Shown here one piece after another: positions 11,569 to 22,452 of a stretch of 64,000 nt of DNA. Each line of letters starts with the position of its first letter. Position 1 is the stretch's first letter. Origin of the DNA: Gammaproteobacteria bacterium (lineage in GTDB: Bacteria > Pseudomonadota > Gammaproteobacteria > Eutrophobiales > Eutrophobiaceae); assembly GCA_965238225.1 (NCBI GenBank), contig OZ250183.1, forward strand, positions 1,120,001 to 1,184,000, read 5' to 3'. Below the pieces are notes generated by a model. That model saw only the letters and a program-made list of their open reading frames with translations, ran no database searches and had not been told where the DNA came from. Position numbers and translations under genes: made by a program.

Positions 11569-11607
11569 CAAAAATAAAGCAAGCCATGTCTTAGTTTGTC
11601 GCGCTGG

Positions 11608-11666
11608 GTCTAATAAAAAACTCAATGACCGCCGTCACGCTCCGGCTCATTAGTTTGGCGTTAGGT
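11608..11666 (+). mobile_element. attC-like recombination site 2
   Basis: GTCTAAT...AAACTCAATGA...TCATTAGTTT GGC GTTAGGT has R boxes plus an inner imperfect inverted repeat with a bulged base; 59 bp. Confidence 0.75.
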
Positions 11667-11989
11667 GACTCAACCATCCCAACTTTTTGTTTTTTTATAA
11701 GAGGGCAACATCAGGGCTATCAAGCTGCTTGATCTTAGTGGCGCGCTTTTTATCACCTTATAATTTAAGTCTGATATGAAAGCAAATATCATTTTTTACT
11801 AATGAATAAGATTTCTTAAAATGGAATCAAACAGCGAAAAAAAGCCACTGTTTAAGGTAGAAAATTAACGCCGGCCTGAATATTTTGACAATCGGCATTA
11901 AACAACCTCGAATGTTTAGGCAAGTGCTGATATTATGTGGCGCGTTGGGATTGGCTAAATAAACAGTATAAACAAAAGTCTTGGGTACA

Positions 11990-12328
11990 ATGGCACATAA
12001 AACTATCTACAAGGTTACTTTTCAGAATCAAAGCAAAATCTACGAGATCTTTGCTCGCAGTGTCCATGCGGGTGAAATGTTTGGTTTTGTTGTGGTTGAA
12101 GAAATCGTATTTGGCGAAAGATCATCGGTCTTGGTCGACCCTTCAGAAGAAAACCTTAAATCAGAATTTAATGATGTCTCCCGTACCTATATCCCTATAC
12201 ATTCAATCATACGCATAGATGAGGTAAAAAAAGAAGGTGCTGCAAAAATAACGAAGTTACCAGAAAATAGCAGTAATGTGACTTTACTGCCCATATATAC
12301 TCCAAATAAAGACACTGGTAAGACCTGA
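11990..12328 (+). CDS. DUF1820 family protein
   Basis: IYKVTFQNQSKIYEIFAR...FGERSSVLVDPSEE...YIPIHSIIRIDEV. Confidence 0.88.
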   Translation: MAHKTIYKVTFQNQSKIYEIFARSVHAGEMFGFVVVEEIVFGERSSVLVDPSEENLKSEFNDVSRTYIPIHSIIRIDEVKKEGAAKITKLPENSSNVTLLPIYTPNKDTGKT

Positions 12329-12574
12329 TTTCAATATTTATCTGGAGCGTTTGCGGTATAAAAACATATAAAGATATTTTAACGCAAGACCAGATTTCTT
12401 CTAAACAAACTGACACAGTTCATCGTAATGTTATTTAAAACTTATACGCCCCAAATAAGCAGTCTTACTGACTTTTAGAATCTTTAAATATTGGCATTAG
12501 ATTAAGTAATAATATCAAATTTAGCATATATTGATATTTTTCTATTAAATATTTCTTGCTACATTATAGGTAAG

Positions 12575-13081
12575 ATGAGACGAAAGACAATTTATGTAAT
12601 ATTCCTCCTAAGCCTGTCGATGCAAAGTCAGGCTCAGTGGAATATCGTGTTACACACGGACATAGACTCCGATTATCAGGCACATATAGCCACTATTAAA
12701 AATGATGATGGCTATAAGCTGGAAGTATATAAATATACAAATGATGTCATCTATTTAAGATTTAATATTCGAGAGAGCTTTGAACTTCTTGATGACGAGC
12801 ATTGCCCTACTTTTCAGATTGATAAAGGGCGATTACATAACCGCTCTATTAATGATTCCTCCTGCTTTTTGCAGTCTCGTTCGGCTGAATATATCATAGG
12901 CTATATCACAGATAGCGAAGTATTATCACCAAGCCTATATAATCTTATAAATGGTAATAAAATTTATTACCGCTTCCTTATGGATAATGGGTATTATGCC
13001 GAAACATCATTTTCTTTATTTGGTTCAAGAGGTATGTTAAATAAAGCGCTAGGTAAAAATTTACTCATAACAGCAAATTAA
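12575..13081 (+). CDS. Hypothetical exported protein
   Basis: 168-aa ORF with a signal peptide (SQA/QW cleavage). Confidence 0.75.
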   Translation: MRRKTIYVIFLLSLSMQSQAQWNIVLHTDIDSDYQAHIATIKNDDGYKLEVYKYTNDVIYLRFNIRESFELLDDEHCPTFQIDKGRLHNRSINDSSCFLQSRSAEYIIGYITDSEVLSPSLYNLINGNKIYYRFLMDNGYYAETSFSLFGSRGMLNKALGKNLLITAN

Positions 13082-13130
13082 AGGGTAAAAATCTGGAAAA
13101 ACATACTTCAGGCGAATGTGATCTATAGCA

Positions 13131-13859
13131 ATGATTACACAAAACAAACTCTACTGGATTTCCAAAAATATTCTCTCCGAAGAATTTCCAGATATCGCTT
13201 GCGCGCTCACTGAGCCCAATGGTTTACTGGCGATTGGTGGCGAATTAAATCCTAATCGTTTAATCGATGCTTACTGTCAAGGTATTTTCCCTTGGTACAT
13301 TGAAGGACAACCTGTCATGTGGTGGTCTCCTGATCCTAGGTGCATTTTATTTCCTGATGAATTCACAATATCCAGAAGCTTGAAAAAATCTTTACGTAAA
13401 GATAAATATATTATTACCTTTGATAAGGCTTTTGCAGAGGTTGTGAAATGTTGCGCAGAGCCAAGACTAAATGATTCAGGGACATGGATAACTACGTCAA
13501 TCATTAAAAATTATAATTTACTCTATGAAAATGGATATGCGCATTCTGTTGAATGTTGGTACAGAAAAAAATTGGTCGGCGGTCTTTACGGGATTGCAAT
13601 TGGCAAAATTTTTTTTGGTGAATCTATGTTTAGCCATATGACAGATACTTCAAAAATATGTTTGGCACATCTAGTTCATTTAATAAAGAAACTAGAATAT
13701 GATTTAATTGATTGTCAAATATATAATAATCATCTAAAAACTCTTGGAGCAAAAGTAATACCAAGGAATAATTTCTCCAATATTCTAGCTAAATCTTGCG
13801 GTGCAACTTGTAGTAAACCTAAACAAGGCTGGCCATCTATTTCTGACTATAAGTTATGA
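13131..13859 (+). CDS. aat: Leucyl/phenylalanyl-tRNA-protein transferase
   Basis: EPNGLLAIGG, GIFPW, WWSPDPR, GGLYG, FFGESMF. Confidence 0.96.
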   Translation: MITQNKLYWISKNILSEEFPDIACALTEPNGLLAIGGELNPNRLIDAYCQGIFPWYIEGQPVMWWSPDPRCILFPDEFTISRSLKKSLRKDKYIITFDKAFAEVVKCCAEPRLNDSGTWITTSIIKNYNLLYENGYAHSVECWYRKKLVGGLYGIAIGKIFFGESMFSHMTDTSKICLAHLVHLIKKLEYDLIDCQIYNNHLKTLGAKVIPRNNFSNILAKSCGATCSKPKQGWPSISDYKL

Positions 13860-14596
13860 GCAATCTAAAACAAAATATTAATACACTAAAACTTGGCTTC
13901 TACATAACGCCAGAGCATAGATGTAATTATTTGCCTAAAGAAAATGCAAAGACAATATTTGCAGATCCAGATTTTCTAATGAATAAAAATATCTACACAT
14001 ATCTAATTAAGCTAGGTTTCCGTCGCAGTGGCAATCACATATATAAACCTCAATGTCAGCAATGTCATGCATGTATTGCTATTCGTTTACCCATTAATAG
14101 CTTTATCAAAAATCGAAATCAAAAACGTAACTGTACAAGAAATAATGATTTGGAAATAACTAGAGTGCCTGCAGTATTTGGCGATAAATATTTTAATCTT
14201 TACGAGCGATACCTCGCGGCAAGGCATCCTAAAGACGGCATGAATGATCCTAATCCTGAAAGTTTTATCAGTTTTCTAATAACCGATTGGATGACAACTA
14301 TTTTTTATGAATTTAGAAAGAAAGGTAAATTATTAGCTGTTGCTGTTATTGACGAATTAAATGATGGACTGTCGGCAGTTTATACATTCTTTGATCCAGA
14401 TGAATCACATCGAAGTTTGGGACGTTATGCCATCCTCACAGCAGTCGAAGCTGCACGAAATCAGGGGCTGCGCTGGCTCTATCTGGGATATTGGATAGCT
14501 CATTGCAGAAAAATGCAATATAAGGATGAATATCAGCCTCTTGAATATTTCTATCGGGAGAAATGGCATAATAAACCTCCGCAAAATGCGGTCTGA
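13856..14596 (+). CDS. ate: Arginyltransferase-family (Bpt) aminoacyl-tRNA-protein transferase
   Basis: CNYLP, GFRRSG, CxxCxAC, LSAVYTFFDP, YLGYWI; follows aat. Confidence 0.93.
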   Translation: MSNLKQNINTLKLGFYITPEHRCNYLPKENAKTIFADPDFLMNKNIYTYLIKLGFRRSGNHIYKPQCQQCHACIAIRLPINSFIKNRNQKRNCTRNNDLEITRVPAVFGDKYFNLYERYLAARHPKDGMNDPNPESFISFLITDWMTTIFYEFRKKGKLLAVAVIDELNDGLSAVYTFFDPDESHRSLGRYAILTAVEAARNQGLRWLYLGYWIAHCRKMQYKDEYQPLEYFYREKWHNKPPQNAV

Positions 14597-14661
14597 TTTT
14601 GCCAGGATGTCAGATTTCAGGCACAATGCGCTGTTTTTTCAAAATAGAGTAAAAAAAATAG

Positions 14662-14880
14662 ATGGCAAAAGAAGATGTAATTGAAATGGAAGGCACGATT
14701 ACCGACACCCTTCCGAATACAACATTTCGTGTTGAATTGGAAAATGGTCATACAATAATCGCACACATTTCCGGAAAAATGCGTAAACACTATATTCGTA
14801 TTCTAACAGGCGATAAGGTAACTGTAGAAATAACGCCTTACGATTCAAGCAAAGGGCGTATCATTTATAGAGAACGCTAG
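14662..14880 (+). CDS. infA: Translation initiation factor IF-1
   Basis: [11 protein letters not shown]...[14 protein letters not shown]. Confidence 0.99.
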   Translation: MAKEDVIEMEGTITDTLPNTTFRVELENGHTIIAHISGKMRKHYIRILTGDKVTVEITPYDSSKGRIIYRER

Positions 14881-14884
14881 GTGC

Positions 14885-15360
14885 TTTTAGTTATTTCTTT
14901 TTTCACACTACGTAATAAACCCAAACACCCCTTGCTCGATTAATCTATCAACCGTTGCAAAAATCTAGTCACCCCTTCGCCATAAGGCTCTGGAACTTCA
15001 GTAATTTTGGTGTCATCTGCATATTCAAGTAATAGTTTTAGCTTACGCTGGTTATATTTTTTACATCCAGATAGCATGTTGTTCAGATTGATTTCATCCA
15101 TCGTTATAATATGGTTATAATAATTATAATCTTCTTTTTTTACACAATGGGCGCGTAAGTCAGTGAGATCGATACCATGTGCTTGCGCTACCATTTGCGC
15201 AGAAAGATTAGGCGGACTTCCAGTGCTCCGCGAGTTTGTTCCAGCAGAATCAACTTCAATAATCTTATTGCGATTGTTCTTCTCGAATCAGAAACAAAAA
15301 TAGACTATGTGCCGTGGGCGAACGACAGATATTACCCATACAAACAAATAATATTTTTAT
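14885..15360 (-). pseudogene. Low-molecular-weight protein tyrosine phosphatase, frameshifted
   Basis: From ATA at 15360 it reads (I)KILFVCMGNICRSPTA, shifts frame near 15270, then continues IEVDSAGT...VPEPY (DPY degenerated), with further shifts near 14940. It follows kdsB as usual. The 3' boundary is approximate. Confidence 0.85.
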
Positions 15361-15361
15361 A

Positions 15362-16153
15362 TTAAAAGTTTGATGACTGAAATTGCTTGATAGCCTTGAC
15401 TAAATCATCTTCCGTATCAATTCCAATACCAGTAGGGACAGAAGCTTTTTCTATATAAATCTTTTCGTCCACATAAAGAGCTCTGAGCTGCTCTAGAGAT
15501 TCGCTACGCTCAAGTTCGCAGACTGGAGTCGCGTTAAATTTTTTCAAATAACTAACTCGGTAAGCATAAAGGCCAAGATGCTTAAAATATTTTTGTTTCT
15601 GATTTTCTCTTGAATAAGGGATGACAGACCTGCTGAAATATAATGCAGTATTGTTTTTACTAAAAATAACTTTCACAATATTAGGATCATTTATATCAAC
15701 GTCGTTATCTATCTGTTCACAGAGCGTTGCAATACTATAATCTGGATGATCATTTAAATTCTTTGCGACTTGATGTATCAATCTTTCTGATATACCAATT
15801 TCATCACCTTGAAGATTTACGATAATTTCTTGATTTTTTAATTGCAATAGTGAAACTGCTTCAGAAAGTCGATCAGTCCCCGATACATGGTGAGGTGATG
15901 TCATGATGATTTCAGCAGAAAATGATGACGCTGCCTCCTGAATGCGCATATCGTCAGTAGCGATGTAAACTTTTTCAGCTTTACATTGGCATGCAGACTC
16001 ATAGACATGTTGGATTAACGGTTTGCCATTAATCTCCAGTAGTGGCTTCCCAGGTAAACGGGTTGACGCATAACGTGCTGGTATAATGATGCTAAATTTG
16101 AAGTCAACCTTTGAAATATTCAATTTCCTCATCTGTGAGTTTTCTGGCTTCAT
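15362..16153 (-). CDS. kdsB: CMP-KDO synthetase (true start probably slightly downstream)
   Basis: [34 protein letters not shown]. Confidence 0.96.
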   Translation of the reverse strand: MKPENSQMRKLNISKVDFKFSIIIPARYASTRLPGKPLLEINGKPLIQHVYESACQCKAEKVYIATDDMRIQEAASSFSAEIIMTSPHHVSGTDRLSEAVSLLQLKNQEIIVNLQGDEIGISERLIHQVAKNLNDHPDYSIATLCEQIDNDVDINDPNIVKVIFSKNNTALYFSRSVIPYSRENQKQKYFKHLGLYAYRVSYLKKFNATPVCELERSESLEQLRALYVDEKIYIEKASVPTGIGIDTEDDLVKAIKQFQSSNF

Positions 16154-16298
16154 TTTCTAGCATCACAGGGATGTTATCTTTGATCGGATAGGCAAGTTGC
16201 GCGGATACCGAGATCAGCTCCTGATTTTTCTTATCATAAATTAAGGGCTCTTTGCTTACTGGACACGCCAGAATTTCAAGCAATTTTTTATCCATCAT
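16104..16298 (-). CDS. ycaR: Trm112-family protein
   Basis: LLEILACP...[12 protein letters not shown], between lpxK and kdsB. Confidence 0.93.
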   Translation of the reverse strand: MMDKKLLEILACPVSKEPLIYDKKNQELISVSAQLAYPIKDNIPVMLENEARKLTDEEIEYFKG

Positions 16299-17280
16299 AA
16301 ACTCCTTCTAATAAAATTGTCAGGCGATGCTCAAAGGCGCTTGTCATTTTTATGTTTATTGGTAAAAACCAATGCTCATTGGATGCAAATTTAATACATT
16401 TTACGGCATCTTTTTCTGTCATAACGACAGGAAAATTATCATCAAAAAAAATATCTTTTGTTTTCAATTGATAATGATCTGGAAATTCATGTTCAATTGT
16501 ACGAATACCTTGCCTGCGCAAATAAGAAAAAAAATTTTCTGGATTTCCAATACCAGCAATGGCATGAATTAATTGATTGCGAAATTGCTTGATATCACAG
16601 CATTTATTTGCATCTATTATTGAGCGCAGTTGCTGCGGTACATACTTCATGTCGAATTCCCATCTAGTCGCATTATGATTGCAAACAATCATATCAACAT
16701 TTTTTAAACGACTAACAGGCTCTCTCAGAGGACCAGCTGGCAAACAACGTCCATTCCCGTGACGACGAATCCCATCAATGACAGAGATTTCAATATCTCT
16801 TTCTAAAGCATAATGCTGCAGACCATCATCACAAACGATGATATCTACTTGCTTATGATCAATTAGCGCCTTTGCTGCAAGATAACGGTTAGGCGCAATG
16901 GCAACTGGGCAATTTGTTCTGCGCGCTAATAAGACAGGTTCATCTCCAACCAATTCAGGATTGCTATCTACACGCACTTGCTGAGGCCATTTTTTAACCT
17001 TGCTTCCATAGCCTCTGCTGACAATTCCTGGCTTGTAACCTTTTTTTTTCAAATAAGCTGAAAGCCATACAACTAAAGGTGTTTTGCCTGTCCCGCCAGC
17101 AACAATATTACCCACAACAATCACAGGAATACTAAGTCTTTGCGTTGGTAGGATGCCATTTTTATATAAAAAATGACGTAAAATTATTAATAGTTTATAA
17201 CACCATCCGAACGGTATAAGCACGATAGACAAGGGATGCTTGCCATACCAAAGTGCTTCTATGAATTTAGGAGAGAGCAT
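16288..17280 (-). CDS. lpxK: Tetraacyldisaccharide 4'-kinase
   Basis: [40 protein letters not shown]. Confidence 0.96.
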   Translation of the reverse strand: MLSPKFIEALWYGKHPLSIVLIPFGWCYKLLIILRHFLYKNGILPTQRLSIPVIVVGNIVAGGTGKTPLVVWLSAYLKKKGYKPGIVSRGYGSKVKKWPQQVRVDSNPELVGDEPVLLARRTNCPVAIAPNRYLAAKALIDHKQVDIIVCDDGLQHYALERDIEISVIDGIRRHGNGRCLPAGPLREPVSRLKNVDMIVCNHNATRWEFDMKYVPQQLRSIIDANKCCDIKQFRNQLIHAIAGIGNPENFFSYLRRQGIRTIEHEFPDHYQLKTKDIFFDDNFPVVMTEKDAVKCIKFASNEHWFLPINIKMTSAFEHRLTILLEGVYDG

Positions 17281-17315
17281 CAAACCTTGTGAACCATAGA
17301 TGCGAGGAATGTATA

Positions 17316-17738
17316 TCAATAATCTTCTTCGTCAATTCTTGTTGCAAATGTAATATTAATCAGACCTAACTGCCGAGCGACATCCAGAGTTTTTATCATC
17401 ATTTGATAAGGCGTTGCCCGGTCTGCGCTGATAATAATATGGGCATCTGGGATCTCAGCGACAATATCGTAAATCACTTCTTTAATAGTCGATACTTGCG
17501 AATTTAATAATTTTTTCTCATTAACATAAATACGTGACTGAGCATCAATAAAGATATTGATCGCGCCTAGTTTTACATCAACAATTTCTTTACTGGCTTT
17601 CGGCAAGGTAATATTCATTGCTGATTTATCATCAAACGTTGTTGAGACCATGAAAAAAATGAGTAATAAAAATACCACATCAATCAGCGGCGTGATATTT
17701 AATTCAAGTTCGTCTGGTCGATTTTTTTGGAAATTCAT
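17316..17738 (-). CDS. exbD: Biopolymer transporter ExbD/TolR
   Basis: NITPLIDVVFLLLIFFMV. Confidence 0.92.
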   Translation of the reverse strand: MNFQKNRPDELELNITPLIDVVFLLLIFFMVSTTFDDKSAMNITLPKASKEIVDVKLGAINIFIDAQSRIYVNEKKLLNSQVSTIKEVIYDIVAEIPDAHIIISADRATPYQMMIKTLDVARQLGLINITFATRIDEEDY

Positions 17739-17802
17739 TAACTATATTATCTGATTATTTATTTGGCTATTTGCTTTGCAAAGTATTTTTCTAATAGGGA
17801 TA

Positions 17803-18459
17803 TTATTTAGATGAATTGTTAGGTGAATTGGTTTTGTCAAATGTATATTCATTTTCGCGTAAGCCTTGCATCACTTCGACCATTTTCAATGCCTCTTGCT
17901 CCATTGTCATCACCAGATCACTTACCTTACTGCTGAAATAACGATGAAATATTAGTGTAGGGATAGCAACTGATAACCCGGCTGCCGTCGTCAGCAGTGC
18001 TTTAGAAATACCCCCTGCCAGAACACTGGCATCGCCGATACCCTGCTGAGTAATTACAGAAAAAACTTCAATCATACCAATCACCGTTCCTAACAAGCCA
18101 AGCAAGGGTGAAATTGATGCGATTATCCCTAAGGTGTTCAAAAAACGATCCAGTGAATGCGCGACTTGGCGCCCTATCTCTTCAATGCTCTCTTTCATTA
18201 CCTCACGCTCATGTGAGCGATTCACAAGACCTGCAGCCAAGATTCTGCCTAAAGGAGAGCTAAGACGCAAATTTTGCAGGCGCTTCTCGTCAAGGCGTCC
18301 TGCTTTAGCCCATTGCCATACTTGAGCAACCAAACGATCTGGAGCAATACGTTTTTGTTGCAAAGACCAAAATCGTTCGAGAATGATCGACAATGAGACA
18401 ACCGAGCAGGTTAAGATTGGCCACATCAAGAAACCGCCTTCTTTGAATAGTTCCAGCAC
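17803..18459 (-). CDS. exbB: MotA/TolQ/ExbB proton channel
   Basis: SPLLGLLGTVIGM, GISKALLTTAAGL. Confidence 0.92.
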   Translation of the reverse strand: MLELFKEGGFLMWPILTCSVVSLSIILERFWSLQQKRIAPDRLVAQVWQWAKAGRLDEKRLQNLRLSSPLGRILAAGLVNRSHEREVMKESIEEIGRQVAHSLDRFLNTLGIIASISPLLGLLGTVIGMIEVFSVITQQGIGDASVLAGGISKALLTTAAGLSVAIPTLIFHRYFSSKVSDLVMTMEQEALKMVEVMQGLRENEYTFDKTNSPNNSSK

Positions 18460-18480
18460 TTTTTTTAAGTTATCCTGTTA

Positions 18481-18516
18481 AATATCTTAATGTAAATTAA
18501 TATCTTAATGTAAATT
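18481..18516. repeat. 18-bp tandem duplication AATATCTTAATGTAAATT x2
   Basis: Two exact adjacent copies between comEC and exbB. Confidence 0.85.
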
Positions 18517-18541
18517 AAGTTTTATACTAATTATTTTGTTT

Positions 18542-20875
18542 TTAAGGTCTAAATTCCCAAAATTTCTGATTATCATGTCTGTAACGACTAGATATCATCT
18601 CACGATCTTTGTCAAATTTGAATAATAATGCCCCATCATAGGCCGTATTGAGCATTTTGACCTGACGCGATTTGTAGCGGGAGATTATATCCTGTTTCGG
18701 GAAACCAAATCGGTTTCTGTAACCCACAGAAAATATAACAATTTTTGGCGAAACTGCATCGATAAAGGCCGGAGATGATGAAGTTTTACTGCCGTGATGT
18801 GGCGCAATTAATAGTGTTGCAGGAAGTTTATCTGCCAATGTTCTAATTAAACTGGATTCTGCAGTTCGCTCAATGTCGCCTACTAATAAGATAGCGTGCC
18901 TACCATTATTAACCTTAAGCACACAAGAATTATTATTTCCTTGATATTTTTTATGGGGAGGCGGACTTAATATTTCAAATTGAACCCCGTCCCATTGCCA
19001 TTTCTGACCCTCGACGCATTTATCTACATTTGTATGAACGATTTCTTTTCCAACACTGGTCAACACTTGTATTTTTGGATATTTTGTAAGCAAATTTTTG
19101 ACTCCGCCACTATGATCTCTGTCTTTGTGGCTTACAATCAAAAGATCGGGATGAGTAATATTTCGATATTGCAGATAAGGAATAATGACTGCATCTGCTG
19201 CATTAAATCGTTTGCTAAATTTATCACCAGTATCATAAATCAGAGCGTGATTTTGAGTTTGTATGACTGATGCCAAACCTTGACCTACGTCTAGTTGGGT
19301 AAACCAGAAATTACCCGTTTCTGGTGCCTTGGAATGCGGAAATAAAAGCGGGACTAGCCAGAACATCCCTACCCAGCGTACTGGCACACCTTTTGGTAAC
19401 AATAATATCAATATACCTATCATCCCTGCTATAAATGCCAGTGGTGATGGCGATGCACTATGCCAAAGATTAAATTCTAAACTGGATAAATATTCTAGAA
19501 ATGGCCATATAAACTCCAGAGCCTGTCCTGCAAGCTGCAGAACAAATTCACCAATCGGAAAAATAAAAGGCAATAAAATAATACCCAGCAACACCAAAGG
19601 CACAACAATTAAACTTACATAGGGAACAGCAATGATATTGGCAAAAATACTCACCAGAGGATATTGTTGAAACCATAAGATAAGCGCTGGAAACAAACCG
19701 ACTGCCACCAGATACTGTATCCTGCCCCACTTCCACCAAATATTGCGCCAAGCTGAGATATTCGTTTGAACACGGCACGTCATCCCGTAGGCAATGATTG
19801 ATATTGCAATAAAAGACAACCAAAATCCGGTATCCAGAACAGAAAACGGGTCGATGATTAACACTAATAAAAGTGAAATGATGATGATATCACTGCCTGC
19901 GTATTTTCGATTAAAGAAAAGTGACAACATCCATACAGAGAGCATGATAAATGCGCGTTGTGTCGGAATAGAAAACCCAGCCAAAATAGCGTACATCAAG
20001 GCACCAGATAAACTTGCCAAGGCTGCAAATTTCTGAGCAGGCATGCGCAACGGCAATGATCCTGAAAATGCCCATAACCATCTGCCTAAAATGAAAAATA
20101 ACCATGCCACCAAACCAATATGTAACCCGGAGATTGCCAGTAAATGCATCGTTCCTGTTTGGGTTAATATCTGCCGATTTTTTGCGAGGATTTTACTGCG
20201 ATCTCCCAAGCCAAGGGCATGCATAAAGCTCTTCTCAAAATCAGCAAGATGGCTTGTATTGATTAGCTCCCTAAGGTGATGACGTTGATAATTTACAGAA
20301 AAAGGAGAAGCTTTATGAATTAAATCGTTTTGCTCCTTGTTTCTCACATAGCCTACTGCACGAATGCGATGTTGGAATAGCCATCTTTCATAATTGAAAC
20401 TGCCAGGATTTCTAAATCCATGAGGTCGTTTAAGTCTTACATAGAGTCGCCAATGCGACCCTGGTTGCATCAAATCATATTGTTGATACCAGCTAAGCCG
20501 AACTTTTCCAGGATTCCTTAAACTATGCCCATCTTGAGATTTTATTTCTGCTACCTGAAATTCAAAACGAACTCCAGAGTTCACAGTCTCCGGCAATGAA
20601 ACAACCTTGCCTGTAATGATCACAGTTTCCCCTTCAATCGCCTTGTCCAGTTCATTACTTAAAATGATATCCGCACGAAAAAACGCCCAAAGAAAGCCAC
20701 AGGCAATTGAACCTGAAATCACCAGCATATATTTAAGAAAAAACTGAAATTTCAGATGAACAAATAATACTAATAATATGAATGGCAAGAAAATCAGCAT
20801 CCACACAGGTGGTAATGCTGGGATTTGTACAAAAATAATAATGCCGATTAAAAATGCAATCGTCCTTACACGCAT
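18542..20875 (-). CDS. comEC: DNA uptake competence protein ComEC/Rec2
   Basis: HLLAISGLH competence domain; metallo-beta-lactamase motifs DVGQG, SHxDxDH, PHHGS. Intact reading frame. Confidence 0.95.
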   Translation of the reverse strand: MRVRTIAFLIGIIIFVQIPALPPVWMLIFLPFILLVLFVHLKFQFFLKYMLVISGSIACGFLWAFFRADIILSNELDKAIEGETVIITGKVVSLPETVNSGVRFEFQVAEIKSQDGHSLRNPGKVRLSWYQQYDLMQPGSHWRLYVRLKRPHGFRNPGSFNYERWLFQHRIRAVGYVRNKEQNDLIHKASPFSVNYQRHHLRELINTSHLADFEKSFMHALGLGDRSKILAKNRQILTQTGTMHLLAISGLHIGLVAWLFFILGRWLWAFSGSLPLRMPAQKFAALASLSGALMYAILAGFSIPTQRAFIMLSVWMLSLFFNRKYAGSDIIIISLLLVLIIDPFSVLDTGFWLSFIAISIIAYGMTCRVQTNISAWRNIWWKWGRIQYLVAVGLFPALILWFQQYPLVSIFANIIAVPYVSLIVVPLVLLGIILLPFIFPIGEFVLQLAGQALEFIWPFLEYLSSLEFNLWHSASPSPLAFIAGMIGILILLLPKGVPVRWVGMFWLVPLLFPHSKAPETGNFWFTQLDVGQGLASVIQTQNHALIYDTGDKFSKRFNAADAVIIPYLQYRNITHPDLLIVSHKDRDHSGGVKNLLTKYPKIQVLTSVGKEIVHTNVDKCVEGQKWQWDGVQFEILSPPPHKKYQGNNNSCVLKVNNGRHAILLVGDIERTAESSLIRTLADKLPATLLIAPHHGSKTSSSPAFIDAVSPKIVIFSVGYRNRFGFPKQDIISRYKSRQVKMLNTAYDGALLFKFDKDREMISSRYRHDNQKFWEFRP

Positions 20876-20910
20876 CTTTTTAAATGCTCCCAAACATGAA
20901 TATTTTAAAA

Positions 20911-21649
20911 CGCGGATTCAACTTCGAAGTGCAACATTGATGTTAAAAAACTTCATGTGGTGTCCTTGAATTGAGTGTTTTCCTGAGACGATAATTGGAT
21001 TTTTCATGACCATGTTTAAATGCTTTTGGGTGATATTACTGAAGCCCATTTTCTTTGGGAAGTTATTATTATATTAAACCGTTGATATTTTCATTTAATC
21101 CATGCTCCTAAAAGGCATAGGCAGGAGCAAGGCAAACTCCTGCATTCAATTGTCAGGAATAACTTTAATGTTCTGCAAACTTTTTGACATTAAATGTGAG
21201 GTGATAATATGTACCGGTCGTCCCATAGGTGAACACATGCACGATAGTCCGTCTTGCCGCCTCGGCTGTACGTCGTTTCACCTGAACTATCAAGGTGTGT
21301 ACAGACTTGCGCTCGATCAAGGTAAGAGAGCCCATGACGGCCTTGATCGATAACAGTATCGACACTTCTAAGTCGCCAATACATTGCTATCTACTATGGC
21401 CGGTTTCTCGTCAATAGAGGCAGTATTTATCAGTGCCCCACGGCACTCATAACCACCATAATGGCTATCTCTGTTTTTGTATATCCTCTTTCATCAGCGC
21501 AAAAATCTGCTAACGTTAAGTGCTCGGTACACTGTGTGTAGTGTCTTAAATCTGTGCATCTCATTCTTGCTGGAACGAAAGGTTAAGGATGCTAAAGAGT
21601 TTGTTGTTCGTAGCAATCGGATGAGTTGCACTTACAAATTGAATTCACG
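20911..21649 (-). mobile_element. Degenerate, internally deleted IS30-family element
   Basis: Terminal inverted repeats GCGGATTCAACTTCGAAGTGCAACA (20912-20936) and AGTTGCACTTACAAATTGAATTCAC (21624-21648) match at 19/25. Broken transposase fragments: IGDLE.DTVI, LTLIERKS, KFAEH, GLNENINGLI, RKTLNSRTPHEVF. Confidence 0.88.
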
Positions 21650-21701
21650 GTATAATGGCGCACTTAAATAATTGCAAAATTTTTAAATTAATGTATTTCA
21701 A

Positions 21702-22223
21702 ATGAAGCTGAAATCTCTGCTGCAAAGAGTTATCCCTAAAACAGGGCATATTCAAAAGCATAAGCATCTACGTTACTTTGGTGATTTACTGCATGAGCCT
21801 GATATATGGCATCTGACGCGAGGCTCATCTGCAGGCGGCGTAGCAATTGGATTATTCTGGGCGATGATGCCCTTACCGATGCAAACAATCTTTGCTGCTG
21901 CTACAGCCATAATAATGAGAGTAAATTTGCCTTTATCTATCATCTTTGTTTGGGTAACAAATCCAATTACTGCTGCCCCAATTTATTATCTTGCCTATAA
22001 GCTCGGAAGTGTTTTATTAAACGACCCCATAGAAAATATTTCTTTCGAATTTTCCATGTACTGGATGACAGAAACATTGATCTATATCTGGAAACCGCTC
22101 ATGACAGGCTGTTTGTTGCTTGGTATTTGCTCTGCTACAATCGGCAATGTGACCATTCGCATGCTATGGAGAATACTGTCATTACGTAAATGGCAACAGC
22201 GATCCAGAAAAGTTCAAACATAA
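21702..22223 (+). CDS. DUF2062 membrane protein
   Basis: WHLTRGSSAGGVAIGLF...WVTNPIT; usual neighbour of comEC and lolD. Confidence 0.9.
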   Translation: MKLKSLLQRVIPKTGHIQKHKHLRYFGDLLHEPDIWHLTRGSSAGGVAIGLFWAMMPLPMQTIFAAATAIIMRVNLPLSIIFVWVTNPITAAPIYYLAYKLGSVLLNDPIENISFEFSMYWMTETLIYIWKPLMTGCLLLGICSATIGNVTIRMLWRILSLRKWQQRSRKVQT

Positions 22224-22452
22224 TTGACTGTTTTTGCTAAAAAATTGGATACACATAGCAATCAATTTGCATTACTCTGGGCGTTTCTAGAATATAAAGG
22301 GATTTAAGGTCTTGTTAAAGAAATTGATCGTGTACTGTACATCATCATTACAGGTTCAATTTAAGAGTTTTAAAGTTTTGGATTTCAAATGTTTTGTCCA
22401 TTGTATTTTATAATTTATAATAAAAGTTATAATATTGAAGAATAAGTAGAGT

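Noticed and set aside
16288-17738. msbA missing between exbD and lpxK
   Set aside because: This arrangement is known in other gammaproteobacteria such as Pseudomonas, so it is not evidence of loss
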